A DNA stretch of 64,000 nt from positions 36,826 to 100,825 of the forward strand of contig DATAJS010000011.1 in assembly GCA_036262035.1 (NCBI GenBank), read 5' to 3'. Each line of letters starts with the position of its first letter. Position 1 is the stretch's first letter. A program made the translations under genes and the position numbers. Of this stretch, positions 26,165 through 34,853 are shown in pieces. The DNA comes from Burkholderiales bacterium (lineage in GTDB: Bacteria > Pseudomonadota > Gammaproteobacteria > Burkholderiales > SG8-41). The notes beneath the pieces were generated by a model, which saw nothing but the letters and a program-made list of their open reading frames with translations, searched no databases and had not been told where the DNA came from.

Positions 26165-27568
26165 ATGGAGCACATCGAGAACCGCACCTTCGACGAGATC
26201 AAGGTCGGCGATACCGCGACCCTGGTGCGCACGCTCACCGAGCAGGACATCAAGCTCTTCGCGGTCATGTCCGGCGACATCAATCCCGCGCACGTCGATC
26301 CCGACTATGCGATGAGCAGCCGTTTTCGCGAGGTGATCGGCCACGGCATGTGGAGCGGCGCGCTGATCTCGACGGTGCTCGGCACCGAATTTCCCGGCCC
26401 CGGCACCATCTATCTCGGACAGAACCTGCGCTTTCGCCGCCCGGTGAAAGTGGGCGACACCATCACCATCAAGGTGACCGCGAAGGAGAAGGGCGAGAAG
26501 GGCCGGCTGGTGCTCGACACCGAGTGCGTGAACCAGGACGGCGAAGTCGTGGTCACCGGGAGCGCCGACGTGATCGCGCCGCAGGAGAAGGTGCGCCGGC
26601 CGCGCGTCGATCTGCCCGGCGTGCGCTTCGACGACCGCAACGAGCGCTTCCGTGAAGTCATGGGCCGGGTGCGGGTGCGCAACTACGCCGCCGTCGACAC
26701 CGCGATCGTCTATCCGGCGGACGCCGATTCGCTGGCGAGCATCGCGGCCGCGGCGCAGGAGGGCGCCATCGCGCCCACGCTCGTCGGCAACGAGCGCGTG
26801 ATCCGCGAGGCGGCCGAAGCGGGCGGTGTCGACATCTCCGGTTTTCCCATCGTGCCGGCCGCCACGCCGCGCGTAGCGGTCGAAGAGGCGATCGGTCTCG
26901 CGCGCGAAGGCCGGGCCGAAGCGATCATGAAGTGCGGCATCTCGACCGAGGCGATGATCGGGCAGGTCGTCTCGGCCGACCGGGGGCTGCGCACCGATCG
27001 CCGCATGAGCCACGTCTACACGATGGACGTGCCGACCTACCCCAAGCCCCTCTTCATCACCGACTCGATGATCAACATCGCGCCGGGCTTATCCGAGAAG
27101 CGCGACATCTGCCAGAACGCGATCGATTTCGCGCGAGCGCTCGGCATACCCGCGCCCAAGGTGGCGCTGCTCGCCGCGGTCGATACGATCAATCCCAAGA
27201 TGTCCGCGACGATCGAAGCGGCGACGCTGTGCAAGATGGCCGAGCGCGGCCAGATCACCGGCGGCATTCTCGAAGGTCCGCTGACGTTCGACGACGCGGT
27301 GTCGCTGAAAGCCGCCGCGAACATCGGCATCCGCTCGGCGGTGGCGGGTCAGGCCGACATTCTCGTCGCGCCCGATCTCGAAGCCGGCAACATGATCGCC
27401 AAGCAGCTCGAATATCTCGCCGACGCGCTGTCGGCGGGGATCGTGCTCGGGGCGCGCGTGCCGATCGCCCTCACCGGCAAGGGCGACGACCGGCACACCT
27501 GGGTGGCGTCGGCGGTGCTGGTCCAGGTGGCCGCGCACCTCTATCGCCGCTCGGCGGCCGAGATGTAG
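26165..27568 (+). CDS. bifunctional MaoC-like (R)-hydratase / phosphate acyl(acetyl/butyryl)transferase fusion
   Basis: ATG 26165 in ORF 25424..27568. N-terminal hot-dog domain (FAVMSGDINPAHVD). C-terminal PTA/PTB-like domain (ILVAPDLEAGNMIAKQL). Confidence 0.8.
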   Translation: MEHIENRTFDEIKVGDTATLVRTLTEQDIKLFAVMSGDINPAHVDPDYAMSSRFREVIGHGMWSGALISTVLGTEFPGPGTIYLGQNLRFRRPVKVGDTITIKVTAKEKGEKGRLVLDTECVNQDGEVVVTGSADVIAPQEKVRRPRVDLPGVRFDDRNERFREVMGRVRVRNYAAVDTAIVYPADADSLASIAAAAQEGAIAPTLVGNERVIREAAEAGGVDISGFPIVPAATPRVAVEEAIGLAREGRAEAIMKCGISTEAMIGQVVSADRGLRTDRRMSHVYTMDVPTYPKPLFITDSMINIAPGLSEKRDICQNAIDFARALGIPAPKVALLAAVDTINPKMSATIEAATLCKMAERGQITGGILEGPLTFDDAVSLKAAANIGIRSAVAGQADILVAPDLEAGNMIAKQLEYLADALSAGIVLGARVPIALTGKGDDRHTWVASAVLVQVAAHLYRRSAAEM

Positions 27569-28537
27569 TCACTGCTGCGCGATCTTCGCCTCTCGCACCA
27601 CCGCGGCCCACTTCGCTCTTTCCGCAGCGAAGTATTGCTTGAACGCTTCGGACGTCGTCGGCGTGGCGTGCAGTCCCTGCGCCTTGTAGAGCTGCAACAC
27701 CTGCGGCGACTTGAGCGCTTTGACGGCCGCCGCATGGACCTTGCCGACGACCGGGTGCGGCGTCCCGGTCGGCGCGAAGAGGCCGTACCACGCGGCATAC
27801 TCGAAATCCGCGACGCCTTCTTCGGCGATCGTCGGCACGTCGGGCAGCAGCTCGGCGCGCGTCAACGTGGTCACGCCGTACGCGCGCAGCCGGCCTGCTT
27901 TCACGTGCGGCAGCGCCGAGGCGAAGGTCGACATGTACACCGTGATCTCTCCGGAGAGCAGCGCGGTGAGCGCCGGCCCCGTGCCCTTGAACGGCACGTG
28001 CAGCATCCGCGTGTGGGTCTTCTGCGTCAGCAGCGTCGTGGCGAGATGCGACCCGGTGCCGACGCCTGCGCTGCCGAACGTGAACTTGCCGGGCTGCGCG
28101 CGCACGAACGCGAGCAGCTCGTTCAGGTTCTTCGGCGGCAGCAACGGCAGCGAGACGAGGATGCTCGGCTGGTCGGATACGCGCGTGATCGGGATGAGAT
28201 CGCGCTGCGCGTCGAACGGCAGCTCCTTGTACACCGAGGGATTGATCGTGAGGCTGATCGTGCCGAGCAGCAGCGTGTAACCGTCGGGCGCGGCTTTCGC
28301 CGCGAGCGCGGAGCCGAGCGCGCTGCCGGCGCCGGGCCGGTTGTCGATCACGAGGGTCTGCCCGAGCGACGCCCCGATCGGCTCGGCGATGATGCGGGCG
28401 TTGATGTCGCTGCCTCCGCCGGGCGCGAACGGCACGATGAGACGGATCGGACGTTCGGGATAGGCGCCGGCGAGGAGGGTGCCGGCCGTCAGCGAGCAGA
28501 GTAGTGCGGCGAGGGACGCGCGAACGATTCGGAGCAT
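27569..28537 (-). CDS. Bug/TctC-family periplasmic solute-binding protein
   Basis: 322-aa ORF. YPERPIRLIVPFAPGGGSD, DNRPGAGS, PDGYT, VPFKG. The stop abuts the convergent TAG at 27566-27568. Confidence 0.9.
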   Translation of the reverse strand: MLRIVRASLAALLCSLTAGTLLAGAYPERPIRLIVPFAPGGGSDINARIIAEPIGASLGQTLVIDNRPGAGSALGSALAAKAAPDGYTLLLGTISLTINPSVYKELPFDAQRDLIPITRVSDQPSILVSLPLLPPKNLNELLAFVRAQPGKFTFGSAGVGTGSHLATTLLTQKTHTRMLHVPFKGTGPALTALLSGEITVYMSTFASALPHVKAGRLRAYGVTTLTRAELLPDVPTIAEEGVADFEYAAWYGLFAPTGTPHPVVGKVHAAAVKALKSPQVLQLYKAQGLHATPTTSEAFKQYFAAERAKWAAVVREAKIAQQ

Positions 28538-28726
28538 GGCTTCCTCCTCGTCATCACTGCGACCTTCCTTTCCGGCCGCCCTCTTTGCAGAGGTTCGGGG
28601 AAGCCAATATACGCCGCGCGTGCGGGGGCGTCACGGATACAGGTCGCGCTCGGACAAGGCCGGCGACCACGCCGGGTCCCCGGTCCGCTGCGCGCGCCCG
28701 CGCGCGCTGAACATGGGGCCATAAAC

Positions 28727-28769
28727 GGGATCAGAGCCAGATTACCCCGACGTAATGTGACTCTGACCC
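28727..28769 (-). terminator. imperfect palindromic element just downstream of the long minus-strand operon
   Basis: GGGATCAGAGCCAGATTAC-cccgac-GTAATGTGACTCTGACCC (one bulge, two mismatches), 10 nt beyond the stop at 28779. Related in pattern to the 25039 palindrome. Confidence 0.4.
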
Positions 28770-28778
28770 GGATTTTGC

Positions 28779-29687
28779 CTAAGGGTACATGGCCCAGCCC
28801 ACGCGGTCGGTCTGCGCCCTGAAGAAGTGGCCGTTGGTGCTGGTGACGAACACCGTGGTCATGTCGCGGCCGCCGAAGCAGACGTTGGTGGGGCGGGGGG
28901 CGGGCACGGGATGCGTCTCGAGCACGCGGCCCGAAGGCGAGAAGACGTAGAGCATCGGGCCCGAGCCCGCGACGTAGTAACCCGCGGTCGCGATGATGTT
29001 GCCTTCGGCGTCCAGGCACATGCCGTCGATGCCGCGGTGCACGCCTTTGGCGTCCTCGCCCCAGGTGAAGAGCGCTTCGTAGGGACCGAGGCTGCCGTCT
29101 TCCTTGATCGGATACGCACGCAGCTGGCGCGGGATGCCGCGCGCCGAGCCGCTCTCGGCGACGTACAGCGTCTTCTGGTCCGCCGAGATCAGGATGCCGT
29201 TCGGCTGCGTGGTGTCGAACGTCACGCGCGTGACCTTGTACTTGCCGCCGTCGGGTGAAGGATCGGCGCGCAGCACCGAGCGATGGTCGAGCTCCTCGAC
29301 CTCGGTCTTGTCCCAGTTGCCTTCGTTCACCGGGTTGGTGAACCAGATGCGGCCCTTGCGATCGATCGCGAGGTCGTTCGGCGTCGAGAGCTTCTTGCCG
29401 TCGAGGCGATCGGCGACCACGACGTTCTCGCCGTTGGGATCGAAGCGCACGATCGACCGTCCGCCCGAGCAGCAGCCGAAGAGGCGGCCATTCTCGTCGT
29501 AACAGAGGCCGTTGGTGCGGTTGGTGCCGGTGCGCCACTCGGTGATCGCGTCGGTGCCGAGGTCGTAGCGCAGGATGCGGTTCCAGCGGATCTGCGTGAA
29601 CAGGATGCACTCGCCGTCCCACACCGGGCCTTCGGTGATGTTGAGCTCGGTCTCGGGTTTGAGCAGCAGCTCGAATTTCCAGGCCAT
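28779..29687 (-). CDS. SMP-30/gluconolactonase/LRE-family lactonase
   Basis: 302 aa from ATG 29687 (AAAGGAAAA SD) in ORF 28779..30671. EGPVWDGE, NGLCYDENGRL, PNDLAIDRKGRIWFT, PNGILISADQKTLYVAE. Confidence 0.85.
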   Translation of the reverse strand: MAWKFELLLKPETELNITEGPVWDGECILFTQIRWNRILRYDLGTDAITEWRTGTNRTNGLCYDENGRLFGCCSGGRSIVRFDPNGENVVVADRLDGKKLSTPNDLAIDRKGRIWFTNPVNEGNWDKTEVEELDHRSVLRADPSPDGGKYKVTRVTFDTTQPNGILISADQKTLYVAESGSARGIPRQLRAYPIKEDGSLGPYEALFTWGEDAKGVHRGIDGMCLDAEGNIIATAGYYVAGSGPMLYVFSPSGRVLETHPVPAPRPTNVCFGGRDMTTVFVTSTNGHFFRAQTDRVGWAMYP

Positions 29688-29700
29688 CGTTTTCCTTTCG

Positions 29701-29744
29701 GTCCGCCACGGGATCGCGTCGGCACCTGAGTGCCTCGCGATGAC
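29701..29744. repeat. single degenerate REP-like unit (family 1)
   Basis: GTCCGCCACGGGATCGCGTCGGCACCTGAGTGCCTCGCGATGAC. Compare the left half of 5385-5433. Intercistronic. Confidence 0.55.
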
Positions 29745-29746
29745 CG

Positions 29747-30934
29747 TCAGTAAGGTTCGTTGACGAAGATGAATGTCGTGCCGGTGACGATCGGGGCGCT
29801 GGCGCCGACGAAGGACACTTTGACGTCCTTCACCTGCCGCTCGCCCGCGCGTCCCGACGCCTGCAGCGCGCCTTCGATGATGTGCCACAGGCCGTGGATG
29901 CGCCCGGTGCTCAAGGAGCCGCCGAAGGTGTTGATCGGCAGCTCGCCGTCGAGCTCCATCCGGCCGTCCTGGATGAAGTCGAGCGCTTCGCCTTCCTTGC
30001 AGAAGCCGTACGATTCCAGCCCGTACAGCACCGAAGCCGAGAAGCCGTCGTAGATCTGCGCGACGTCGACGTCTTTCGGGGTGAATCCCGAGCGCTCCCA
30101 CGTGAGCTTCGCCGAGCTGCTGCCGCCTTCCATGTAATTCGCGAGGCTGCCGATGCGGCCGGCGACTTCGAACTTGAGCCGCTCGCCGTAGCCGGCGAGA
30201 TAGGCGGGCTTGGGCTTGAGATCGCGCGCGCGCTCGGCGGTGGTCAGCACGACCGCCACCGCGCCCTGCACCGGAATGTCGCAGTCGTACAGGCAGAACG
30301 GATACGCGACCATGCGCGACTCGAAATATTCCTCGGGCGTCAGCGGCACCTTGAAATACGAGTGCGGGTTCTTCAGCCCGTGCTTGCGCTGCGTGACCGC
30401 GAGCGTGACCATCTTGTCGCGCTTCTGGTTGTTCTTCTCGAGATAGCGCGTGTAGGCGACCGCCATGCCCTGGCCGGGACCGCCGAAGCCGTACGGCGCG
30501 GTGAACTGGAGCGCACCCGGTGCGAACTGTCCCGGCAGGTTCTGGTACGTGCCTTTCGGGTTGTGCATCGCGCGCCAGACGACCGCGTACTTGCACACGC
30601 CCGCGAGCAGCGCGTTGACCGCCTGCTGGAACGCGCCGCCGATGTTCACCGAGCCGGCCTGGATGTGCCATGACAGGTTCGGAAGCTTGAGCATCGCCAT
30701 CATGCAGTTCACCGAGACGATGCTGATGCCGTCGACCTCGGCGTGGCCGGTGGCGGGAAGCTCGGGATAGGTCGTCAGGCCGTCGATGTCTTCCATCTTC
30801 AGCCCCGAGTCCGCGACGGCCGCTTTCACCGCGTCGAGGGCGTGCGCGGCGAGCGGACGATCGGCGGAGCGCGTCGCCTGGGAGAAGCCGACGCCGCTCA
30901 ATGCAATTTTGCAGCGGTTTTCCCAGAGGCTCAT
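29747..30934 (-). CDS. thiolase-like / SCP-x-type (lipid-transfer-protein-like) enzyme
   Basis: 395 aa from ATG 30934 in ORF 29747..31309. ATGA overlap with the upstream DUF35 gene. C-terminal INTFGGSLSTGRIHG thiolase-like motif. Confidence 0.82.
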   Translation of the reverse strand: MSLWENRCKIALSGVGFSQATRSADRPLAAHALDAVKAAVADSGLKMEDIDGLTTYPELPATGHAEVDGISIVSVNCMMAMLKLPNLSWHIQAGSVNIGGAFQQAVNALLAGVCKYAVVWRAMHNPKGTYQNLPGQFAPGALQFTAPYGFGGPGQGMAVAYTRYLEKNNQKRDKMVTLAVTQRKHGLKNPHSYFKVPLTPEEYFESRMVAYPFCLYDCDIPVQGAVAVVLTTAERARDLKPKPAYLAGYGERLKFEVAGRIGSLANYMEGGSSSAKLTWERSGFTPKDVDVAQIYDGFSASVLYGLESYGFCKEGEALDFIQDGRMELDGELPINTFGGSLSTGRIHGLWHIIEGALQASGRAGERQVKDVKVSFVGASAPIVTGTTFIFVNEPY

Positions 30935-31356
30935 TGCGCGGGCCTCCATTGCGGCAGCGTGAAGTCGTCGTTCAGCCGCTGGAAAGTGACTTCGACGCGC
31001 TTGCCGACTTTCGCTTCGGTGTATTCGGCGTCGAGGAGGTTGCCCGCCAGCAGCGCGCCGGGCGCGTCGTCGAGCTCGACGATGATGCTCGCGTAAGGCA
31101 CCGCCGGCGCGAAGCGCTTGTCGCCGGTGTGGTACATGATGGTGTAGGCGTAGATCGAGCCTTTGCCGCTGACCGGCTCGAACTTGAGATCGGTCGACAC
31201 GCAGTTCACGCACGTCGCGTACGGCGGGTGCTGGAACTGCCGGCAGCTCTGGCAGCGCTGGAGCGCAAGCCGGCCTTCCTTGGCCGCGTCCCAGAAGGGG
31301 CGGGTCCATTCGTTCGGGACCGGGATCGGCCGCGTGACCTGGGTCCAGTCGCTCAT
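30931..31356 (-). CDS. DUF35 zinc-ribbon + OB-fold protein (thiolase partner)
   Basis: 141 aa. CQSCRQFQHPPYATCVNC four-Cys ribbon followed by an OB-fold segment. Confidence 0.85.
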   Translation of the reverse strand: MSDWTQVTRPIPVPNEWTRPFWDAAKEGRLALQRCQSCRQFQHPPYATCVNCVSTDLKFEPVSGKGSIYAYTIMYHTGDKRFAPAVPYASIIVELDDAPGALLAGNLLDAEYTEAKVGKRVEVTFQRLNDDFTLPQWRPAQ

Positions 31357-31898
31357 GGCTTGAGCACCTCGGCGCCTTCGGCCGGCTCGAGCTCGGTGAA
31401 GTTGGCGGTCATCGCGAGCATGCTGTAGTAGCCGATCGTGCCGGTGAGCTCGACGAGCTGCTCGCGGCCGAAGCGGTCGAGCAGCGCTTTCGCCGTCGCG
31501 TCGTCGATGCGGTGCTTGTTGATGAGCGCGCGCGTGAGGTCGATGATCTGCGCGTCTTCGGGCGGGACGCCGTTCGAGTGCCTCTCGCGGATCGCGGTGA
31601 TCGTGCTCTCGGGGACTTTCTGCTTGCGCGCCTGGCCGGTCTGCGCGCCCCAGATGTACATGGCCTCGAACTCGCGCGCGACCGTCATCGCGGCGAGCAC
31701 GCGCACGCGGTGGTCGAGCTTGCCTTCGAAGCGGATGTAGCCGCCGATGTCGACGAAATGTCTCGCCAGCGGCGGGCAGTGCATGAGCATCGAGAACGGG
31801 CCGTGGACGCCGCCGCGGCTCTTGACGACGGCGTCGAAGACGCCGTGATGCTCGGCGGGGACCTGCTCCTTGCTCGTAATCTTTTCGAGGCGTGCCAT
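31353..31898 (-). CDS. carboxymuconolactone decarboxylase (CMD/AhpD-like) family protein
   Basis: 181-aa ORF. AGGAGGAG SD. ATGA overlap with the DUF35 start. Family call by resemblance. Confidence 0.7.
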   Translation of the reverse strand: MARLEKITSKEQVPAEHHGVFDAVVKSRGGVHGPFSMLMHCPPLARHFVDIGGYIRFEGKLDHRVRVLAAMTVAREFEAMYIWGAQTGQARKQKVPESTITAIRERHSNGVPPEDAQIIDLTRALINKHRIDDATAKALLDRFGREQLVELTGTIGYYSMLAMTANFTELEPAEGAEVLKP

Positions 31899-31925
31899 GT
31901 TGGTGCTCCTCCTGTGAGAAAACCG

Positions 31926-31958
31926 GGGTCTGACCCCGAAGAAGCCGGGGTCAGGCCC
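31926..31958 (-). terminator. intercistronic GC-rich hairpin followed by a T-tract (attenuator or mRNA-stabilising element)
   Basis: Sense strand reads GGGCCTGACCCCG-GCTTCTT-CGGGGTCAGACCC then CGGTTTTCTC. It sits between the CoA-transferase stop (31960) and the CMD SD. Confidence 0.35.
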
Positions 31959-31959
31959 G

Positions 31960-33183
31960 TCAGATGGTATTGGATTCGCGGAGTGCTGCGATCTCTTGCT
32001 GGGTGAATCCGTAGTCCTTCAATACTTCGTCGGTGTGCTGCGCGTAGCGCGGCGGCATCGAGCGGATTTGCGCCGGGGTCGCGGACAAGCGATACGGCGC
32101 AGTCGGCACGGCGAACGGCGGCAGGCCCGTTGCTTTGGAATCCTCGAACTTGTGGAAGAAGCTGCGCGCTTCGAGCTGCGGGTGGTGCACGGCGCGGGCG
32201 AGCGGCAGCACTTCCATCGCCGCCACGCCGGCTTCGTTGAGGATCGCTTCCCATTCGTGCGCGGTGCGGGTGGACAGCCGTTTCTCGATCTCGGCGTCCA
32301 GCGCCTTCAGGTTCTGCGCGACCGCTTCGTCGCTGGAGAAGCGCGGATCGCGCGGAATATCGGTCGCATCGAGCGCTTTCCAGAGCTTTTCGCGGCGGGG
32401 TCCCGAGCCGGACGCGATCGCGAGGTGCCCTTCCTTGCAGCGATAGGTGTTGCTCACGTACACGCCTTTGCCCGAGCCGTTGCCGACGAGCGGCGGCGTC
32501 TCGCCCGCGGTGATCGCGCGCAGCACTTCGCCGCCCATCATGGTCATCGCGGTCTCGAGCATCGACACGTCGATCGCCTGGCCGAGTCCGGTGCGCGAGC
32601 GCTGGAAGAGCGCGATCGCGATACCGAGCGCGGCGGCATAGCCGGTGGTGTAGTCCACGATGGTCGAGCCGGTCTTGAGCGGCCCGGTCTCGGGCGTGCC
32701 GGTGATGCTCATCATCCCGCTCACCGCCTGGATCACGCCGTCGATGGCGGGGTCGCTCTTCTTCGGTCCGGTCTGGCCGTAGCCGGTGACCGAGCAGAAG
32801 ACGATGCCGGGATTGATCTTCTTGAGATCCTCGTAGCCGATGCCGTAACGCGCCATCGTGCCGCCCTTCAAGTTCTCGATGACGACGTCGGCTTTGGCGG
32901 CGAGCCGCAGGAAAACGTCCCGACCTTCCGGCGTGTTGATCGCGAGCGCGATCGAGCGCTTGTTCGAGTTGTAGGCGAGAAAGTTGTGCGCCATGCGCGC
33001 CTCGTGAAAAGGCGTGCGCAGGTTGCCCGACGTGCGCGACGAATCGCCGCCTTCCGCGCCGGGGCTTTCGACGTGCACGACGTCCGCGCCGTGCATGGCG
33101 AGCTGGTACGCGGCGAACGGCGCGGCGACGACGCGCGCCACCGCGAGCACTTTGATACCGCCGAAGGCGCCGTAGAGATCCAT
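31960..33183 (-). CDS. family III (CaiB/BaiF) CoA-transferase
   Basis: 407-aa ORF. GIKVLAVARVVAAPFAAYQLAMHGADVVHVE, AIDGVIQAVSGMMSITG. Confidence 0.9.
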   Translation of the reverse strand: MDLYGAFGGIKVLAVARVVAAPFAAYQLAMHGADVVHVESPGAEGGDSSRTSGNLRTPFHEARMAHNFLAYNSNKRSIALAINTPEGRDVFLRLAAKADVVIENLKGGTMARYGIGYEDLKKINPGIVFCSVTGYGQTGPKKSDPAIDGVIQAVSGMMSITGTPETGPLKTGSTIVDYTTGYAAALGIAIALFQRSRTGLGQAIDVSMLETAMTMMGGEVLRAITAGETPPLVGNGSGKGVYVSNTYRCKEGHLAIASGSGPRREKLWKALDATDIPRDPRFSSDEAVAQNLKALDAEIEKRLSTRTAHEWEAILNEAGVAAMEVLPLARAVHHPQLEARSFFHKFEDSKATGLPPFAVPTAPYRLSATPAQIRSMPPRYAQHTDEVLKDYGFTQQEIAALRESNTI

Positions 33184-33302
33184 GTCTCCTCCATCATCTG
33201 CCGCTTAGCGGCACATGGTACCTTCGTTTGGAGGCCGCAGACGAACCACGTCGCGTTTTACGGCCGCGGTCGGGAGTCGCCCGTCCGCATCGTGACCGCG
33301 GC

Positions 33303-34067
33303 TTACTCGCGCGGTTCGACGCCTGCGTTGCGCGCCGCGATCTGGTCCTGAATGATGTTGTTCACGCTGCGGCCGTATTCGAGCGCGACCGACCAGTCGG
33401 TGAACTGGCTGGGCACCTGGTCGAGCGCCTTCTTGCACCAGTCGAGCGCGATGCCGTCGAAGCGCGCGATATGCGCGGCGAGCGCTTTCGCCTCGTCGAG
33501 CAGCCGGTCGGCGGGTACCGCCATGTTCACCAGCCCGATGTCGACCGCTTCGGCGGCGCTCATCGTGCGCGCGGTCAGTATCGGCCACGCTGCGTGCTTG
33601 CGCAGGACGCGCACCTGCAGGGAGGCGCCCGCGATGCCCGGATAGATGCCCCAGCTGATCTGCGGCACGCCGATCCGTGCGTCTTCCGACATGATCGCGA
33701 GATCGCAGATGTTCACGAGGGTGGCGCCGCCGCCGACGGCGATGCCGTTGACCGCCGCGATGAAGATCGACGGATGGTTGCGGATGATCGTGCCCATCGT
33801 GTCGTACCACTTGTTGCGCACGTTGTCGCCGCGCACCTTCGCGCCCTTGCGCACCCATTCGTTGCGTTCCTTCAGGTCGACGCCCGCGGTGAACGCCTTG
33901 CCGCGCGCGGTGACGACGATCGCGTGGTGTTTCCCGCGGCATTCGGCTAGACGCTCCTGGAGCTGGAGCACCATCGGCGTGCTCAGCGCGTTGAGCTTCT
34001 CCGGCCGGTTGAACGTGATGACCGCATAGCCGTCGTGCCCTTCGAAGAGGATGAGGTCGTCGGACAT
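33303..34067 (-). CDS. enoyl-CoA hydratase/isomerase family
   Basis: ATG 34067 (MSDDLILFEGHDGYAVITFNRPEKLNAL). The track start, GTG 34085, would lie inside a REP unit. VTARGKAFTAGVDL, AVNGIAVGGG. Confidence 0.85.
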   Translation of the reverse strand: MSDDLILFEGHDGYAVITFNRPEKLNALSTPMVLQLQERLAECRGKHHAIVVTARGKAFTAGVDLKERNEWVRKGAKVRGDNVRNKWYDTMGTIIRNHPSIFIAAVNGIAVGGGATLVNICDLAIMSEDARIGVPQISWGIYPGIAGASLQVRVLRKHAAWPILTARTMSAAEAVDIGLVNMAVPADRLLDEAKALAAHIARFDGIALDWCKKALDQVPSQFTDWSVALEYGRSVNNIIQDQIAARNAGVEPRE

Positions 34068-34076
34068 ATTATTTGC

Positions 34077-34119
34077 GTGCGCCACGAGATTGCTTCGTCA
34101 CGGTGTTCCTCGCAATGAC
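34077..34119. repeat. single REP-like unit (family 1)
   Basis: GTGCGCCACGAGATTGCTTCGTCACGGTGTTCCTCGCAATGAC. Intercistronic between two hydratase genes. Confidence 0.75.
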
Positions 34120-34121
34120 GC

Positions 34122-34853
34122 CTAGAACTTGCTAGGCGTCACTTTGTCTTTGCCGATCTGGTTCTGCACGACGGCGGTGATGACGCGCCCGTACTCGAGC
34201 GCGGCGGTCCAGTCGGAGATGTGCGACGGGATATCGTCGATCGCTTTCTTGCTCCAGTCGACCGTGACCGGGTTGAACTTGGCGACGCTCTCGGCGACCG
34301 CGTGCACTTCGTCCATCACGCGATCGGCCGGCACCGCGACGTTGACCAGACCCCAGCGCGCGGCGGTGCGTCCGTCGACCGGCCTGCCGGTGAGGATCAT
34401 CCACGAGGCGTGCTTGCGCAGGATGCGCAACTGCGTCGAAGGGCCCGCGGTCTCGGCGTATCGCGCCTGCGCGATCTCCGGCAACCCGATCTGCGCGTCC
34501 TCGGCGGCGATCGCGAGGTCGCACGCGTTGATGAGCGAGACGCCTTCGCCGAGCGCCGCGCCGTTGACCGCCGCGATCATGACCGACGGATGCTTGCGTA
34601 TCGCCTCGACGGTGTCGACCCAGGTTTGACCCTGGCGTGAGAAGCGGGCCAGTGCGGGATCGGCGGGCGCTTCGTCGGCGATGCCGGTGCAGAAGGTCGC
34701 GTTCGCTCCCGTGAGCACGATCGCGGCGTAGCGCCCGGCGGACTGCTTCAGGAGGTCCTGGAGCGCGAGTTGAGACGCGCGGTCGAGCACGGCGCGGCCG
34801 AGCGTGATACGGGCGTAATTGCCGCAGTCTTCCATCAGGACGTGATCGGTCAT
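34122..34853 (-). CDS. enoyl-CoA hydratase/isomerase family
   Basis: 243 aa from ATG 34853 in ORF 34122..35948. ATGA overlap with the upstream FAD gene. LTGANATFCTGIA, AVNGAALGEG. Confidence 0.82.
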   Translation of the reverse strand: MTDHVLMEDCGNYARITLGRAVLDRASQLALQDLLKQSAGRYAAIVLTGANATFCTGIADEAPADPALARFSRQGQTWVDTVEAIRKHPSVMIAAVNGAALGEGVSLINACDLAIAAEDAQIGLPEIAQARYAETAGPSTQLRILRKHASWMILTGRPVDGRTAARWGLVNVAVPADRVMDEVHAVAESVAKFNPVTVDWSKKAIDDIPSHISDWTAALEYGRVITAVVQNQIGKDKVTPSKF